NCBI GenBank assembly: GCA_905178155.1
Contig: CAJINV010000005.1
Span: 5,126,256 to 5,190,255 of the forward strand
Source: Amoebophrya sp. A120
Lineage: Eukaryota; Protista; Dinoflagellata
DNA: 64,000 bases
Direction of reading: 5' to 3'
Part shown: positions 36,161-49,364 of the stretch, piece after piece
Layout: every line of letters starts with the position of its first letter
Numbering within the stretch: the first letter of the stretch is position 1
Translations under genes and position numbers: made by a program
Notes under the pieces: model-generated
The model's input: the letters and a program-made list of their open reading frames with translations, nothing else
Databases searched by the model: none
Told to the model about the DNA's origin: nothing

Positions 36161-38621
36161 ATGTTCACCTCTAGAACCCTGATCTCAGGTTCCGAAGACG
36201 CAGGGCCTCTGCTCGGCCCAACAAGTACGATGTTGTCCGACAGTCCTCCATTGAGACCGGGTTCAAACGATCCAGACCCGGATCCTCTTCTACGTGAAGA
36301 TTTTCCTTGCACCAGACCAACAGCACATGGGGCTCCCGAAGCCGCAAATGCGAAAAATGCAAAAAGGAAGAACACCAGCACGAGCACTAGCAGCTTGGGA
36401 GCGGCTACTACTGGAGGTTCTTCTTCCTACAGCGGCCCAAGTAGGACATTGTCGTCTTCAACATCGTCGACTGGTGCGGGGTTGAGCAATGATAACAAAC
36501 ACCAGCGCATTATCAAATGCAAATAAGTCTGGGTCTGGAAACTTGTGATGCTGAATTGTGGATGACTGAAATACTTCCCAATGCAGCTAAGCATGACAAG
36601 TTTCCCGCACACTTTTGCATGCGCATTCCGCATGAAAAACTGCGCTTTTGTATGACAAAAGGAGGTATCTTCTTGCTAGTCATGCAACACAGATTTTACA
36701 GGAGTGCAGGACTAGCATTACAAGTTCCATGCTTTCAGACCCAGACATATTTGCAATGCATACGCATTCTGAATTACCCGCTCACGCCGGAAGTTGGCCC
36801 AAGGGAAGTTGTGCTCCTAGAAGCTCCACCGATCGAGAAATTCGACGTAGCAACAAGACCCGACGGAGAAACGGGCGTGCTGGAACATGATAGGGAACAG
36901 CATCACGCCGGTATAATATCTTCAAACCAGGGCGGAGGAGGAGGAGGAGCATATCAGCATAATGGAAATGAGGGTCTTGTGGCAGGACCACGAGGAGCAT
37001 CTTCTTCAAGAACACATGAGCTGCGGAAGAATACTTCTAGTACGACGAGCATAAAAGATCTGTACAACGTCGTTCCAGCATCATCTGTGAATGATGATAA
37101 GCCCCAACAGACGATGAAAACTCGCAAGCCGCGACATTCCTGGAGCGTGCACAACTATGACCCGCTCAGGTGTCAACTTACAGGCTACGTAAACGTTTAC
37201 AATAGATGAACATGCAAGTCTGTGATGCAAAAGGTGATGCAAAAGGTAGCCTACTTGTACTCCTGCAGAAGTGCGCATGACAAGTTCTGGAGTTGTCCCA
37301 AACGACCGCACTAGAATCGTGCGAAATTTGATTGTATTGCAGAAAGTGGAACGTTGTGCGAGTCTGTCATGCTCGTCATCATGCAATACAAAACGCAGAC
37401 TCTATTGGAACGCTTGAGATTGTAGTAACGTTTGAGCAGGTCATAACAACCTCCGGGATTTTCTTGCTGACGAGGAAGAAGTGGACTCGGATTCCTACAC
37501 CCGCATTTATGGCCTGCTCAAGTTGTGTTACAATCTGTGATGCAAAAGGTGCATGATCCATCATCCTCTTCTCACAGGAGAGTGCATCACAAGTTCGGGA
37601 CGAGTACTTCTTACCAAACCGCACTAGAATCATCCGGCTAAATTTGTATTGCAAAAAGCGGAACTACACGGCTCTGTGTGTCTCTTATGCTGATCAAGCA
37701 ACACAAAATCCAGACACAGATTCTGTGTACTGTAACCACGTCTGAGATTTTTGTAATAGCTGAGCAGGTTATAGCATTCCCACCGCGTTTTTCTCTACTT
37801 CGTTGACATCGGAAGATGACGACCATAACAAATTCGACGATATTAGTCTTTTTCGCAGCTACGCTGCCGAGGACCCTCACGCGGCACTCTCCCCCTCTAG
37901 CCGAACAGGACATCATAACCCGGCCTCCTCAAGTAGCAGGCAGCAGCGCATGGCTATCCTATGTAAAAACGTCCCCAACCCATAGTCAAGATGGGGAATC
38001 GGCTACACAAATCTACAAGTTTTGGCTGCTTTGCATGACAAATTTGGATTCGTAGTGTCGTGCTGTTTGAGCTAGCTCAGCAGCGTCACAGATCTAGTAC
38101 ATCAGGCTGATTGAAGCATGACAGATTCCAAAACACGCCTAAACAATGCCTCTCATGGGGCTCCGCATGAGAAACAGTTTCAGCATGCAGATTTGCAATA
38201 CAAATACAACTATGGGGTGGGGACGTTTTTCAATACGATAATGGCCATGGCCTCCTTGCTCCTGGACCGGTGGCGTTTCGAGGTTCTATGACAATGCACA
38301 ACTCCCCCTCGTCCCCCTCATTTGTCATGCAAAATACCAATTATACATCCCTTTCCCTTAAGCACTGCTTGCATGACAGGCTCCGGAAGCTGAAACAGCA
38401 CTAGAATCGGTCGCTGATTTGTCATGCAAAAGCTGGATTTATGCCAGCACTTGTGTTGCTGCTTATGCACTTCAAATGAGGGGGGGGGTTGTGGACTCTC
38501 ATAGGTTCCGTACGGCACGTACAAACGCATCGCACTGTTTCTCGCCATTGAGTCAGAGATTGAACCAGAGTGCGGCGACTTTTGTTTTTGCATTTGCAAA
38601 CAGGACGTCGAGAGCTCATAA
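36161..38621 (+). CDS. Truncated paralog (~374 aa) of the 49365 gene, array copy 1
   Basis: Frame intact after removing 5 introners; jumps at ~38547 into sequence homologous to 55226-55320 and stops at TAA. Confidence 0.6.
36511..36762. mobile_element. Introner family A (also at +3147n; absent from paralog at ~50327)
   Basis: TIR; DR CGCAT. Confidence 0.93.
37156..37445. mobile_element. Introner family I (also at +3147n)
   Basis: TATGACCCGCTCA / TGAGCAGGTCATA; DR ACAAC. Confidence 0.88.
37508..37773. mobile_element. Introner family I (also at +3147n)
   Basis: TATGGCCTGCTCA / TGAGCAGGTTATA; DR GCATT. Confidence 0.88.
37955..38240. mobile_element. Introner family B (also at +3147n)
   Basis: TIR; DR ATGGC. 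Confidence 0.9.
38287..38503. mobile_element. Introner family D (also at +3147n)
   Basis: TIR; DR GGTTC. Confidence 0.9.
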
Positions 38622-39307
38622 TTAGCCGCAGCTTTCGTGTGGATACAAATAGAATAAAGTGTCCAGCCGTTGTACTAACAGAGTCGCGTATGTTTAATAT
38701 ACGACTCGGGATTTTGATGTGCTACTTGTGCAAGGACGCGGGCAAAATTTCGCCCCGGATTTTCGAACATTCATTTTGAAGATTTGGATGGTTGAGTAAG
38801 ACCAAAAAAAGATTCCTTCCTCGGAGGACGACCTGTTGCATTTCTCAAGGAGGATGCAAGTGGCACGGTGAAAAATGTCGATTTTCAGAAATTTTTCTGT
38901 TGTTCACAGTTTGTCGTGCTTCCTGTGTATTGTTTCACAGACGGATTACGGTGTATTTACCTTGTTGCACTTTTTTTGTTTTTCTACTCTGGCAGCTGAG
39001 GACGCGCTAGTAGTAAGTTCTCTCGCAGGTGCACCTCCTTGTTTTTCGACGGTCGTGCGAAATTTCTCTCACTTCGGTACAGGTTTCTATTTTAAGAAGC
39101 GCACACGTCATTCTATCTTTCTGCGCCCTCCCGTCGTTTTATGATTTATTAATACAAATTTGTCACATCGATAGATTTTTGCTACGAGGTTTTTTCTTCA
39201 TCTTCACCCAAGTTAGAAGACTACTGTCGTTTTGATTCTGTAAAAGTGCAACTGCAACAAATAGTACGTAGGTAAATTTTCTGAATCAGCAACAGCAACG
39301 ACACGAG

Positions 39308-41768
39308 ATGTTCACCTCTAGAACCCTGATCTCAGGTTCCGAAGACGCAGGGCCTCTGCTCGGCCCAACAAGTACGATGTTGTCCGACAGTCCTCCATTG
39401 AGACCGGGTTCAAACGATCCAGACCCGGATCCTCTTCTACGTGAAGATTTTCCTTGCACCAGACCAACAGCACATGGGGCTCCCGAAGCCGCAAATGCGA
39501 AAAATGCAAAAAGGAAGAACACCAGCACGAGCACTAGCAGCTTGGGAGCGGCTACTACTGGAGGTTCTTCTTCCTACAGCGGCCCAAGTAGGACATTGTC
39601 GTCTTCAACATCGTCGACTGGTGCGGGGTTGAGCAATGATAACAAACACCAGCGCATTATCAAATGCAAATAAGTCTGGGTCTGGAAACTTGTGATGCTG
39701 AATTGTGGATGACTGAAATACTTCCCAATGCAGCTAAGCATGACAAGTTTCCCGCACACTTTTGCATGCGCATTCCGCATGAAAAACTGCGCTTTTGTAT
39801 GACAAAAGGAGGTATCTTCTTGCTAGTCATGCAACACAGATTTTACAGGAGTGCAGGACTAGCATTACAAGTTCCATGCTTTCAGACCCAGACATATTTG
39901 CAATGCATACGCATTCTGAATTACCCGCTCACGCCGGAAGTTGGCCCAAGGGAAGTTGTGCTCCTAGAAGCTCCACCGATCGAGAAATTCGACGTAGCAA
40001 CAAGACCCGACGGAGAAACGGGCGTGCTGGAACATGATAGGGAACAGCATCACGCCGGTATAATATCTTCAAACCAGGGCGGAGGAGGAGGAGGAGCATA
40101 TCAGCATAATGGAAATGAGGGTCTTGTGGCAGGACCACGAGGAGCATCTTCTTCAAGAACACATGAGCTGCGGAAGAATACTTCTAGTACGACGAGCATA
40201 AAAGATCTGTACAACGTCGTTCCAGCATCATCTGTGAATGATGATAAGCCCCAACAGACGATGAAAACTCGCAAGCCGCGACATTCCTGGAGCGTGCACA
40301 ACTATGACCCGCTCAGGTGTCAACTTACAGGCTACGTAAACGTTTACAATAGATGAACATGCAAGTCTGTGATGCAAAAGGTGATGCAAAAGGTAGCCTA
40401 CTTGTACTCCTGCAGAAGTGCGCATGACAAGTTCTGGAGTTGTCCCAAACGACCGCACTAGAATCGTGCGAAATTTGATTGTATTGCAGAAAGTGGAACG
40501 TTGTGCGAGTCTGTCATGCTCGTCATCATGCAATACAAAACGCAGACTCTATTGGAACGCTTGAGATTGTAGTAACGTTTGAGCAGGTCATAACAACCTC
40601 CGGGATTTTCTTGCTGACGAGGAAGAAGTGGACTCGGATTCCTACACCCGCATTTATGGCCTGCTCAAGTTGTGTTACAATCTGTGATGCAAAAGGTGCA
40701 TGATCCATCATCCTCTTCTCACAGGAGAGTGCATCACAAGTTCGGGACGAGTACTTCTTACCAAACCGCACTAGAATCATCCGGCTAAATTTGTATTGCA
40801 AAAAGCGGAACTACACGGCTCTGTGTGTCTCTTATGCTGATCAAGCAACACAAAATCCAGACACAGATTCTGTGTACTGTAACCACGTCTGAGATTTTTG
40901 TAATAGCTGAGCAGGTTATAGCATTCCCACCGCGTTTTTCTCTACTTCGTTGACATCGGAAGATGACGACCATAACAAATTCGACGATATTAGTCTTTTT
41001 CGCAGCTACGCTGCCGAGGACCCTCACGCGGCACTCTCCCCCTCTAGCCGAACAGGACATCATAACCCGGCCTCCTCAAGTAGCAGGCAGCAGCGCATGG
41101 CTATCCTATGTAAAAACGTCCCCAACCCATAGTCAAGATGGGGAATCGGCTACACAAATCTACAAGTTTTGGCTGCTTTGCATGACAAATTTGGATTCGT
41201 AGTGTCGTGCTGTTTGAGCTAGCTCAGCAGCGTCACAGATCTAGTACATCAGGCTGATTGAAGCATGACAGATTCCAAAACACGCCTAAACAATGCCTCT
41301 CATGGGGCTCCGCATGAGAAACAGTTTCAGCATGCAGATTTGCAATACAAATACAACTATGGGGTGGGGACGTTTTTCAATACGATAATGGCCATGGCCT
41401 CCTTGCTCCTGGACCGGTGGCGTTTCGAGGTTCTATGACAATGCACAACTCCCCCTCGTCCCCCTCATTTGTCATGCAAAATACCAATTATACATCCCTT
41501 TCCCTTAAGCACTGCTTGCATGACAGGCTCCGGAAGCTGAAACAGCACTAGAATCGGTCGCTGATTTGTCATGCAAAAGCTGGATTTATGCCAGCACTTG
41601 TGTTGCTGCTTATGCACTTCAAATGAGGGGGGGGGTTGTGGACTCTCATAGGTTCCGTACGGCACGTACAAACGCATCGCACTGTTTCTCGCCATTGAGT
41701 CAGAGATTGAACCAGAGTGCGGCGACTTTTGTTTTTGCATTTGCAAACAGGACGTCGAGAGCTCATAA
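39308..41768 (+). CDS. Truncated paralog, array copy 2
   Basis: Matches 36161-38621 at offset 3147. Confidence 0.55.
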
Positions 41769-42454
41769 TTAGCCGCAGCTTTCGTGTGGATACAAATAGA
41801 ATAAAGTGTCCAGCCGTTGTACTAACAGAGTCGCGTATGTTTAATATACGACTCGGGATTTTGATGTGCTACTTGTGCAAGGACGCGGGCAAAATTTCGC
41901 CCCGGATTTTCGAACATTCATTTTGAAGATTTGGATGGTTGAGTAAGACCAAAAAAAGATTCCTTCCTCGGAGGACGACCTGTTGCATTTCTCAAGGAGG
42001 ATGCAAGTGGCACGGTGAAAAATGTCGATTTTCAGAAATTTTTCTGTTGTTCACAGTTTGTCGTGCTTCCTGTGTATTGTTTCACAGACGGATTACGGTG
42101 TATTTACCTTGTTGCACTTTTTTTGTTTTTCTACTCTGGCAGCTGAGGACGCGCTAGTAGTAAGTTCTCTCGCAGGTGCACCTCCTTGTTTTTCGACGGT
42201 CGTGCGAAATTTCTCTCACTTCGGTACAGGTTTCTATTTTAAGAAGCGCACACGTCATTCTATCTTTCTGCGCCCTCCCGTCGTTTTATGATTTATTAAT
42301 ACAAATTTGTCACATCGATAGATTTTTGCTACGAGGTTTTTTCTTCATCTTCACCCAAGTTAGAAGACTACTGTCGTTTTGATTCTGTAAAAGTGCAACT
42401 GCAACAAATAGTACGTAGGTAAATTTTCTGAATCAGCAACAGCAACGACACGAG

Positions 42455-44915
42455 ATGTTCACCTCTAGAACCCTGATCTCAGGTTCCGAAGACGCAGGGC
42501 CTCTGCTCGGCCCAACAAGTACGATGTTGTCCGACAGTCCTCCATTGAGACCGGGTTCAAACGATCCAGACCCGGATCCTCTTCTACGTGAAGATTTTCC
42601 TTGCACCAGACCAACAGCACATGGGGCTCCCGAAGCCGCAAATGCGAAAAATGCAAAAAGGAAGAACACCAGCACGAGCACTAGCAGCTTGGGAGCGGCT
42701 ACTACTGGAGGTTCTTCTTCCTACAGCGGCCCAAGTAGGACATTGTCGTCTTCAACATCGTCGACTGGTGCGGGGTTGAGCAATGATAACAAACACCAGC
42801 GCATTATCAAATGCAAATAAGTCTGGGTCTGGAAACTTGTGATGCTGAATTGTGGATGACTGAAATACTTCCCAATGCAGCTAAGCATGACAAGTTTCCC
42901 GCACACTTTTGCATGCGCATTCCGCATGAAAAACTGCGCTTTTGTATGACAAAAGGAGGTATCTTCTTGCTAGTCATGCAACACAGATTTTACAGGAGTG
43001 CAGGACTAGCATTACAAGTTCCATGCTTTCAGACCCAGACATATTTGCAATGCATACGCATTCTGAATTACCCGCTCACGCCGGAAGTTGGCCCAAGGGA
43101 AGTTGTGCTCCTAGAAGCTCCACCGATCGAGAAATTCGACGTAGCAACAAGACCCGACGGAGAAACGGGCGTGCTGGAACATGATAGGGAACAGCATCAC
43201 GCCGGTATAATATCTTCAAACCAGGGCGGAGGAGGAGGAGGAGCATATCAGCATAATGGAAATGAGGGTCTTGTGGCAGGACCACGAGGAGCATCTTCTT
43301 CAAGAACACATGAGCTGCGGAAGAATACTTCTAGTACGACGAGCATAAAAGATCTGTACAACGTCGTTCCAGCATCATCTGTGAATGATGATAAGCCCCA
43401 ACAGACGATGAAAACTCGCAAGCCGCGACATTCCTGGAGCGTGCACAACTATGACCCGCTCAGGTGTCAACTTACAGGCTACGTAAACGTTTACAATAGA
43501 TGAACATGCAAGTCTGTGATGCAAAAGGTGATGCAAAAGGTAGCCTACTTGTACTCCTGCAGAAGTGCGCATGACAAGTTCTGGAGTTGTCCCAAACGAC
43601 CGCACTAGAATCGTGCGAAATTTGATTGTATTGCAGAAAGTGGAACGTTGTGCGAGTCTGTCATGCTCGTCATCATGCAATACAAAACGCAGACTCTATT
43701 GGAACGCTTGAGATTGTAGTAACGTTTGAGCAGGTCATAACAACCTCCGGGATTTTCTTGCTGACGAGGAAGAAGTGGACTCGGATTCCTACACCCGCAT
43801 TTATGGCCTGCTCAAGTTGTGTTACAATCTGTGATGCAAAAGGTGCATGATCCATCATCCTCTTCTCACAGGAGAGTGCATCACAAGTTCGGGACGAGTA
43901 CTTCTTACCAAACCGCACTAGAATCATCCGGCTAAATTTGTATTGCAAAAAGCGGAACTACACGGCTCTGTGTGTCTCTTATGCTGATCAAGCAACACAA
44001 AATCCAGACACAGATTCTGTGTACTGTAACCACGTCTGAGATTTTTGTAATAGCTGAGCAGGTTATAGCATTCCCACCGCGTTTTTCTCTACTTCGTTGA
44101 CATCGGAAGATGACGACCATAACAAATTCGACGATATTAGTCTTTTTCGCAGCTACGCTGCCGAGGACCCTCACGCGGCACTCTCCCCCTCTAGCCGAAC
44201 AGGACATCATAACCCGGCCTCCTCAAGTAGCAGGCAGCAGCGCATGGCTATCCTATGTAAAAACGTCCCCAACCCATAGTCAAGATGGGGAATCGGCTAC
44301 ACAAATCTACAAGTTTTGGCTGCTTTGCATGACAAATTTGGATTCGTAGTGTCGTGCTGTTTGAGCTAGCTCAGCAGCGTCACAGATCTAGTACATCAGG
44401 CTGATTGAAGCATGACAGATTCCAAAACACGCCTAAACAATGCCTCTCATGGGGCTCCGCATGAGAAACAGTTTCAGCATGCAGATTTGCAATACAAATA
44501 CAACTATGGGGTGGGGACGTTTTTCAATACGATAATGGCCATGGCCTCCTTGCTCCTGGACCGGTGGCGTTTCGAGGTTCTATGACAATGCACAACTCCC
44601 CCTCGTCCCCCTCATTTGTCATGCAAAATACCAATTATACATCCCTTTCCCTTAAGCACTGCTTGCATGACAGGCTCCGGAAGCTGAAACAGCACTAGAA
44701 TCGGTCGCTGATTTGTCATGCAAAAGCTGGATTTATGCCAGCACTTGTGTTGCTGCTTATGCACTTCAAATGAGGGGGGGGGTTGTGGACTCTCATAGGT
44801 TCCGTACGGCACGTACAAACGCATCGCACTGTTTCTCGCCATTGAGTCAGAGATTGAACCAGAGTGCGGCGACTTTTGTTTTTGCATTTGCAAACAGGAC
44901 GTCGAGAGCTCATAA
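42455..44915 (+). CDS. Truncated paralog, array copy 3
   Basis: Matches at offset 6294. Confidence 0.55.
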
Positions 44916-45601
44916 TTAGCCGCAGCTTTCGTGTGGATACAAATAGAATAAAGTGTCCAGCCGTTGTACTAACAGAGTCGCGTATGTTTAATATACGACT
45001 CGGGATTTTGATGTGCTACTTGTGCAAGGACGCGGGCAAAATTTCGCCCCGGATTTTCGAACATTCATTTTGAAGATTTGGATGGTTGAGTAAGACCAAA
45101 AAAAGATTCCTTCCTCGGAGGACGACCTGTTGCATTTCTCAAGGAGGATGCAAGTGGCACGGTGAAAAATGTCGATTTTCAGAAATTTTTCTGTTGTTCA
45201 CAGTTTGTCGTGCTTCCTGTGTATTGTTTCACAGACGGATTACGGTGTATTTACCTTGTTGCACTTTTTTTGTTTTTCTACTCTGGCAGCTGAGGACGCG
45301 CTAGTAGTAAGTTCTCTCGCAGGTGCACCTCCTTGTTTTTCGACGGTCGTGCGAAATTTCTCTCACTTCGGTACAGGTTTCTATTTTAAGAAGCGCACAC
45401 GTCATTCTATCTTTCTGCGCCCTCCCGTCGTTTTATGATTTATTAATACAAATTTGTCACATCGATAGATTTTTGCTACGAGGTTTTTTCTTCATCTTCA
45501 CCCAAGTTAGAAGACTACTGTCGTTTTGATTCTGTAAAAGTGCAACTGCAACAAATAGTACGTAGGTAAATTTTCTGAATCAGCAACAGCAACGACACGA
45601 G

Positions 45602-48062
45602 ATGTTCACCTCTAGAACCCTGATCTCAGGTTCCGAAGACGCAGGGCCTCTGCTCGGCCCAACAAGTACGATGTTGTCCGACAGTCCTCCATTGAGACCG
45701 GGTTCAAACGATCCAGACCCGGATCCTCTTCTACGTGAAGATTTTCCTTGCACCAGACCAACAGCACATGGGGCTCCCGAAGCCGCAAATGCGAAAAATG
45801 CAAAAAGGAAGAACACCAGCACGAGCACTAGCAGCTTGGGAGCGGCTACTACTGGAGGTTCTTCTTCCTACAGCGGCCCAAGTAGGACATTGTCGTCTTC
45901 AACATCGTCGACTGGTGCGGGGTTGAGCAATGATAACAAACACCAGCGCATTATCAAATGCAAATAAGTCTGGGTCTGGAAACTTGTGATGCTGAATTGT
46001 GGATGACTGAAATACTTCCCAATGCAGCTAAGCATGACAAGTTTCCCGCACACTTTTGCATGCGCATTCCGCATGAAAAACTGCGCTTTTGTATGACAAA
46101 AGGAGGTATCTTCTTGCTAGTCATGCAACACAGATTTTACAGGAGTGCAGGACTAGCATTACAAGTTCCATGCTTTCAGACCCAGACATATTTGCAATGC
46201 ATACGCATTCTGAATTACCCGCTCACGCCGGAAGTTGGCCCAAGGGAAGTTGTGCTCCTAGAAGCTCCACCGATCGAGAAATTCGACGTAGCAACAAGAC
46301 CCGACGGAGAAACGGGCGTGCTGGAACATGATAGGGAACAGCATCACGCCGGTATAATATCTTCAAACCAGGGCGGAGGAGGAGGAGGAGCATATCAGCA
46401 TAATGGAAATGAGGGTCTTGTGGCAGGACCACGAGGAGCATCTTCTTCAAGAACACATGAGCTGCGGAAGAATACTTCTAGTACGACGAGCATAAAAGAT
46501 CTGTACAACGTCGTTCCAGCATCATCTGTGAATGATGATAAGCCCCAACAGACGATGAAAACTCGCAAGCCGCGACATTCCTGGAGCGTGCACAACTATG
46601 ACCCGCTCAGGTGTCAACTTACAGGCTACGTAAACGTTTACAATAGATGAACATGCAAGTCTGTGATGCAAAAGGTGATGCAAAAGGTAGCCTACTTGTA
46701 CTCCTGCAGAAGTGCGCATGACAAGTTCTGGAGTTGTCCCAAACGACCGCACTAGAATCGTGCGAAATTTGATTGTATTGCAGAAAGTGGAACGTTGTGC
46801 GAGTCTGTCATGCTCGTCATCATGCAATACAAAACGCAGACTCTATTGGAACGCTTGAGATTGTAGTAACGTTTGAGCAGGTCATAACAACCTCCGGGAT
46901 TTTCTTGCTGACGAGGAAGAAGTGGACTCGGATTCCTACACCCGCATTTATGGCCTGCTCAAGTTGTGTTACAATCTGTGATGCAAAAGGTGCATGATCC
47001 ATCATCCTCTTCTCACAGGAGAGTGCATCACAAGTTCGGGACGAGTACTTCTTACCAAACCGCACTAGAATCATCCGGCTAAATTTGTATTGCAAAAAGC
47101 GGAACTACACGGCTCTGTGTGTCTCTTATGCTGATCAAGCAACACAAAATCCAGACACAGATTCTGTGTACTGTAACCACGTCTGAGATTTTTGTAATAG
47201 CTGAGCAGGTTATAGCATTCCCACCGCGTTTTTCTCTACTTCGTTGACATCGGAAGATGACGACCATAACAAATTCGACGATATTAGTCTTTTTCGCAGC
47301 TACGCTGCCGAGGACCCTCACGCGGCACTCTCCCCCTCTAGCCGAACAGGACATCATAACCCGGCCTCCTCAAGTAGCAGGCAGCAGCGCATGGCTATCC
47401 TATGTAAAAACGTCCCCAACCCATAGTCAAGATGGGGAATCGGCTACACAAATCTACAAGTTTTGGCTGCTTTGCATGACAAATTTGGATTCGTAGTGTC
47501 GTGCTGTTTGAGCTAGCTCAGCAGCGTCACAGATCTAGTACATCAGGCTGATTGAAGCATGACAGATTCCAAAACACGCCTAAACAATGCCTCTCATGGG
47601 GCTCCGCATGAGAAACAGTTTCAGCATGCAGATTTGCAATACAAATACAACTATGGGGTGGGGACGTTTTTCAATACGATAATGGCCATGGCCTCCTTGC
47701 TCCTGGACCGGTGGCGTTTCGAGGTTCTATGACAATGCACAACTCCCCCTCGTCCCCCTCATTTGTCATGCAAAATACCAATTATACATCCCTTTCCCTT
47801 AAGCACTGCTTGCATGACAGGCTCCGGAAGCTGAAACAGCACTAGAATCGGTCGCTGATTTGTCATGCAAAAGCTGGATTTATGCCAGCACTTGTGTTGC
47901 TGCTTATGCACTTCAAATGAGGGGGGGGGTTGTGGACTCTCATAGGTTCCGTACGGCACGTACAAACGCATCGCACTGTTTCTCGCCATTGAGTCAGAGA
48001 TTGAACCAGAGTGCGGCGACTTTTGTTTTTGCATTTGCAAACAGGACGTCGAGAGCTCATAA
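45602..48062 (+). CDS. Truncated paralog, array copy 4
   Basis: Matches at offset 9441. Confidence 0.55.
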
Positions 48063-48748
48063 TTAGCCGCAGCTTTCGTGTGGATACAAATAGAATAAAG
48101 TGTCCAGCCGTTGTACTAACAGAGTCGCGTATGTTTAATATACGACTCGGGATTTTGATGTGCTACTTGTGCAAGGACGCGGGCAAAATTTCGCCCCGGA
48201 TTTTCGAACATTCATTTTGAAGATTTGGATGGTTGAGTAAGACCAAAAAAAGATTCCTTCCTCGGAGGACGACCTGTTGCATTTCTCAAGGAGGATGCAA
48301 GTGGCACGGTGAAAAATGTCGATTTTCAGAAATTTTTCTGTTGTTCACAGTTTGTCGTGCTTCCTGTGTATTGTTTCACAGACGGATTACGGTGTATTTA
48401 CCTTGTTGCACTTTTTTTGTTTTTCTACTCTGGCAGCTGAGGACGCGCTAGTAGTAAGTTCTCTCGCAGGTGCACCTCCTTGTTTTTCGACGGTCGTGCG
48501 AAATTTCTCTCACTTCGGTACAGGTTTCTATTTTAAGAAGCGCACACGTCATTCTATCTTTCTGCGCCCTCCCGTCGTTTTATGATTTATTAATACAAAT
48601 TTGTCACATCGATAGATTTTTGCTACGAGGTTTTTTCTTCATCTTCACCCAAGTTAGAAGACTACTGTCGTTTTGATTCTGTAAAAGTGCAACTGCAACA
48701 AATAGTACGTAGGTAAATTTTCTGAATCAGCAACAGCAACGACACGAG

Positions 48749-48937
48749 ATGTTCACCTCTAGAACCCTGATCTCAGGTTCCGAAGACGCAGGGCCTCTGC
48801 TCGGCCCAACAAGTACGATGTTGTCCGACAGTCCTCCATTGAGACCGGGTTCAAACGATCCAGACCCGGATCCTCTTCTACGTGAAGATTTTCCTTGCAC
48901 CAGACCAACAGCACATGGGGCTCCCGAAGCCGTGTAG
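48749..48937 (+). pseudogene. 5' fragment of the array gene (partial fifth unit)
   Basis: MFTSRTLISG..APEA, then breakpoint at ~48932. Confidence 0.75.
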
Positions 48938-49364
48938 CTAAATCTATGTTCACTTTTTTGTTTTTCTACTCCGGCGGCAGGAGAGCTGAGCAGTCGCTAG
49001 TAAGTAGCTCTTTCGCAGCATGGTCGTGCGAAATTTATTAAATTTCTGGCATTTCCTCGGTCATGGTCTGTCTCTTTCATCTGCGTCCCCTCCTCGTCGT
49101 ATAAATTTGTGGTAGAGCTTGCCACTGGCACACTAGATCATTTTTGCTTGTCAGGGCTTCATCAATCTGCCTTCATTCCTCCCAAGATTCGGCTTTCGTC
49201 TTGTTTCCACCGCGTTCACGAGATTTTTTATCTTCGGCTAACTAAAAAGAAGAACTGCTTGCTTTGTATAATTCAAGAGTAGAGCAACGCGTTCTGGAGC
49301 GTACCATATATACTTAAACTACTTTCTCTAACTATTTTCTCTTTTTGGGAAAGTAAGAAGCAAG

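Larger units (their letters stand above)
35492..48932 (+). repeat. Tandem array, period 3147 bp, 4 full units plus a partial fifth
   Basis: Unit starts at 35492, 38652, 41799, 44946, 48093; identical ORF sets offset by 3147; only the first ~600 bp of unit 1 differ visibly. Confidence 0.95.

Noticed and set aside
37187-37768. A single GC-AG intron across this interval
   Set aside because: Better explained as two family I elements with perfect DRs around an in-frame exon (LRDFLADEEEVDSDSYTRI).
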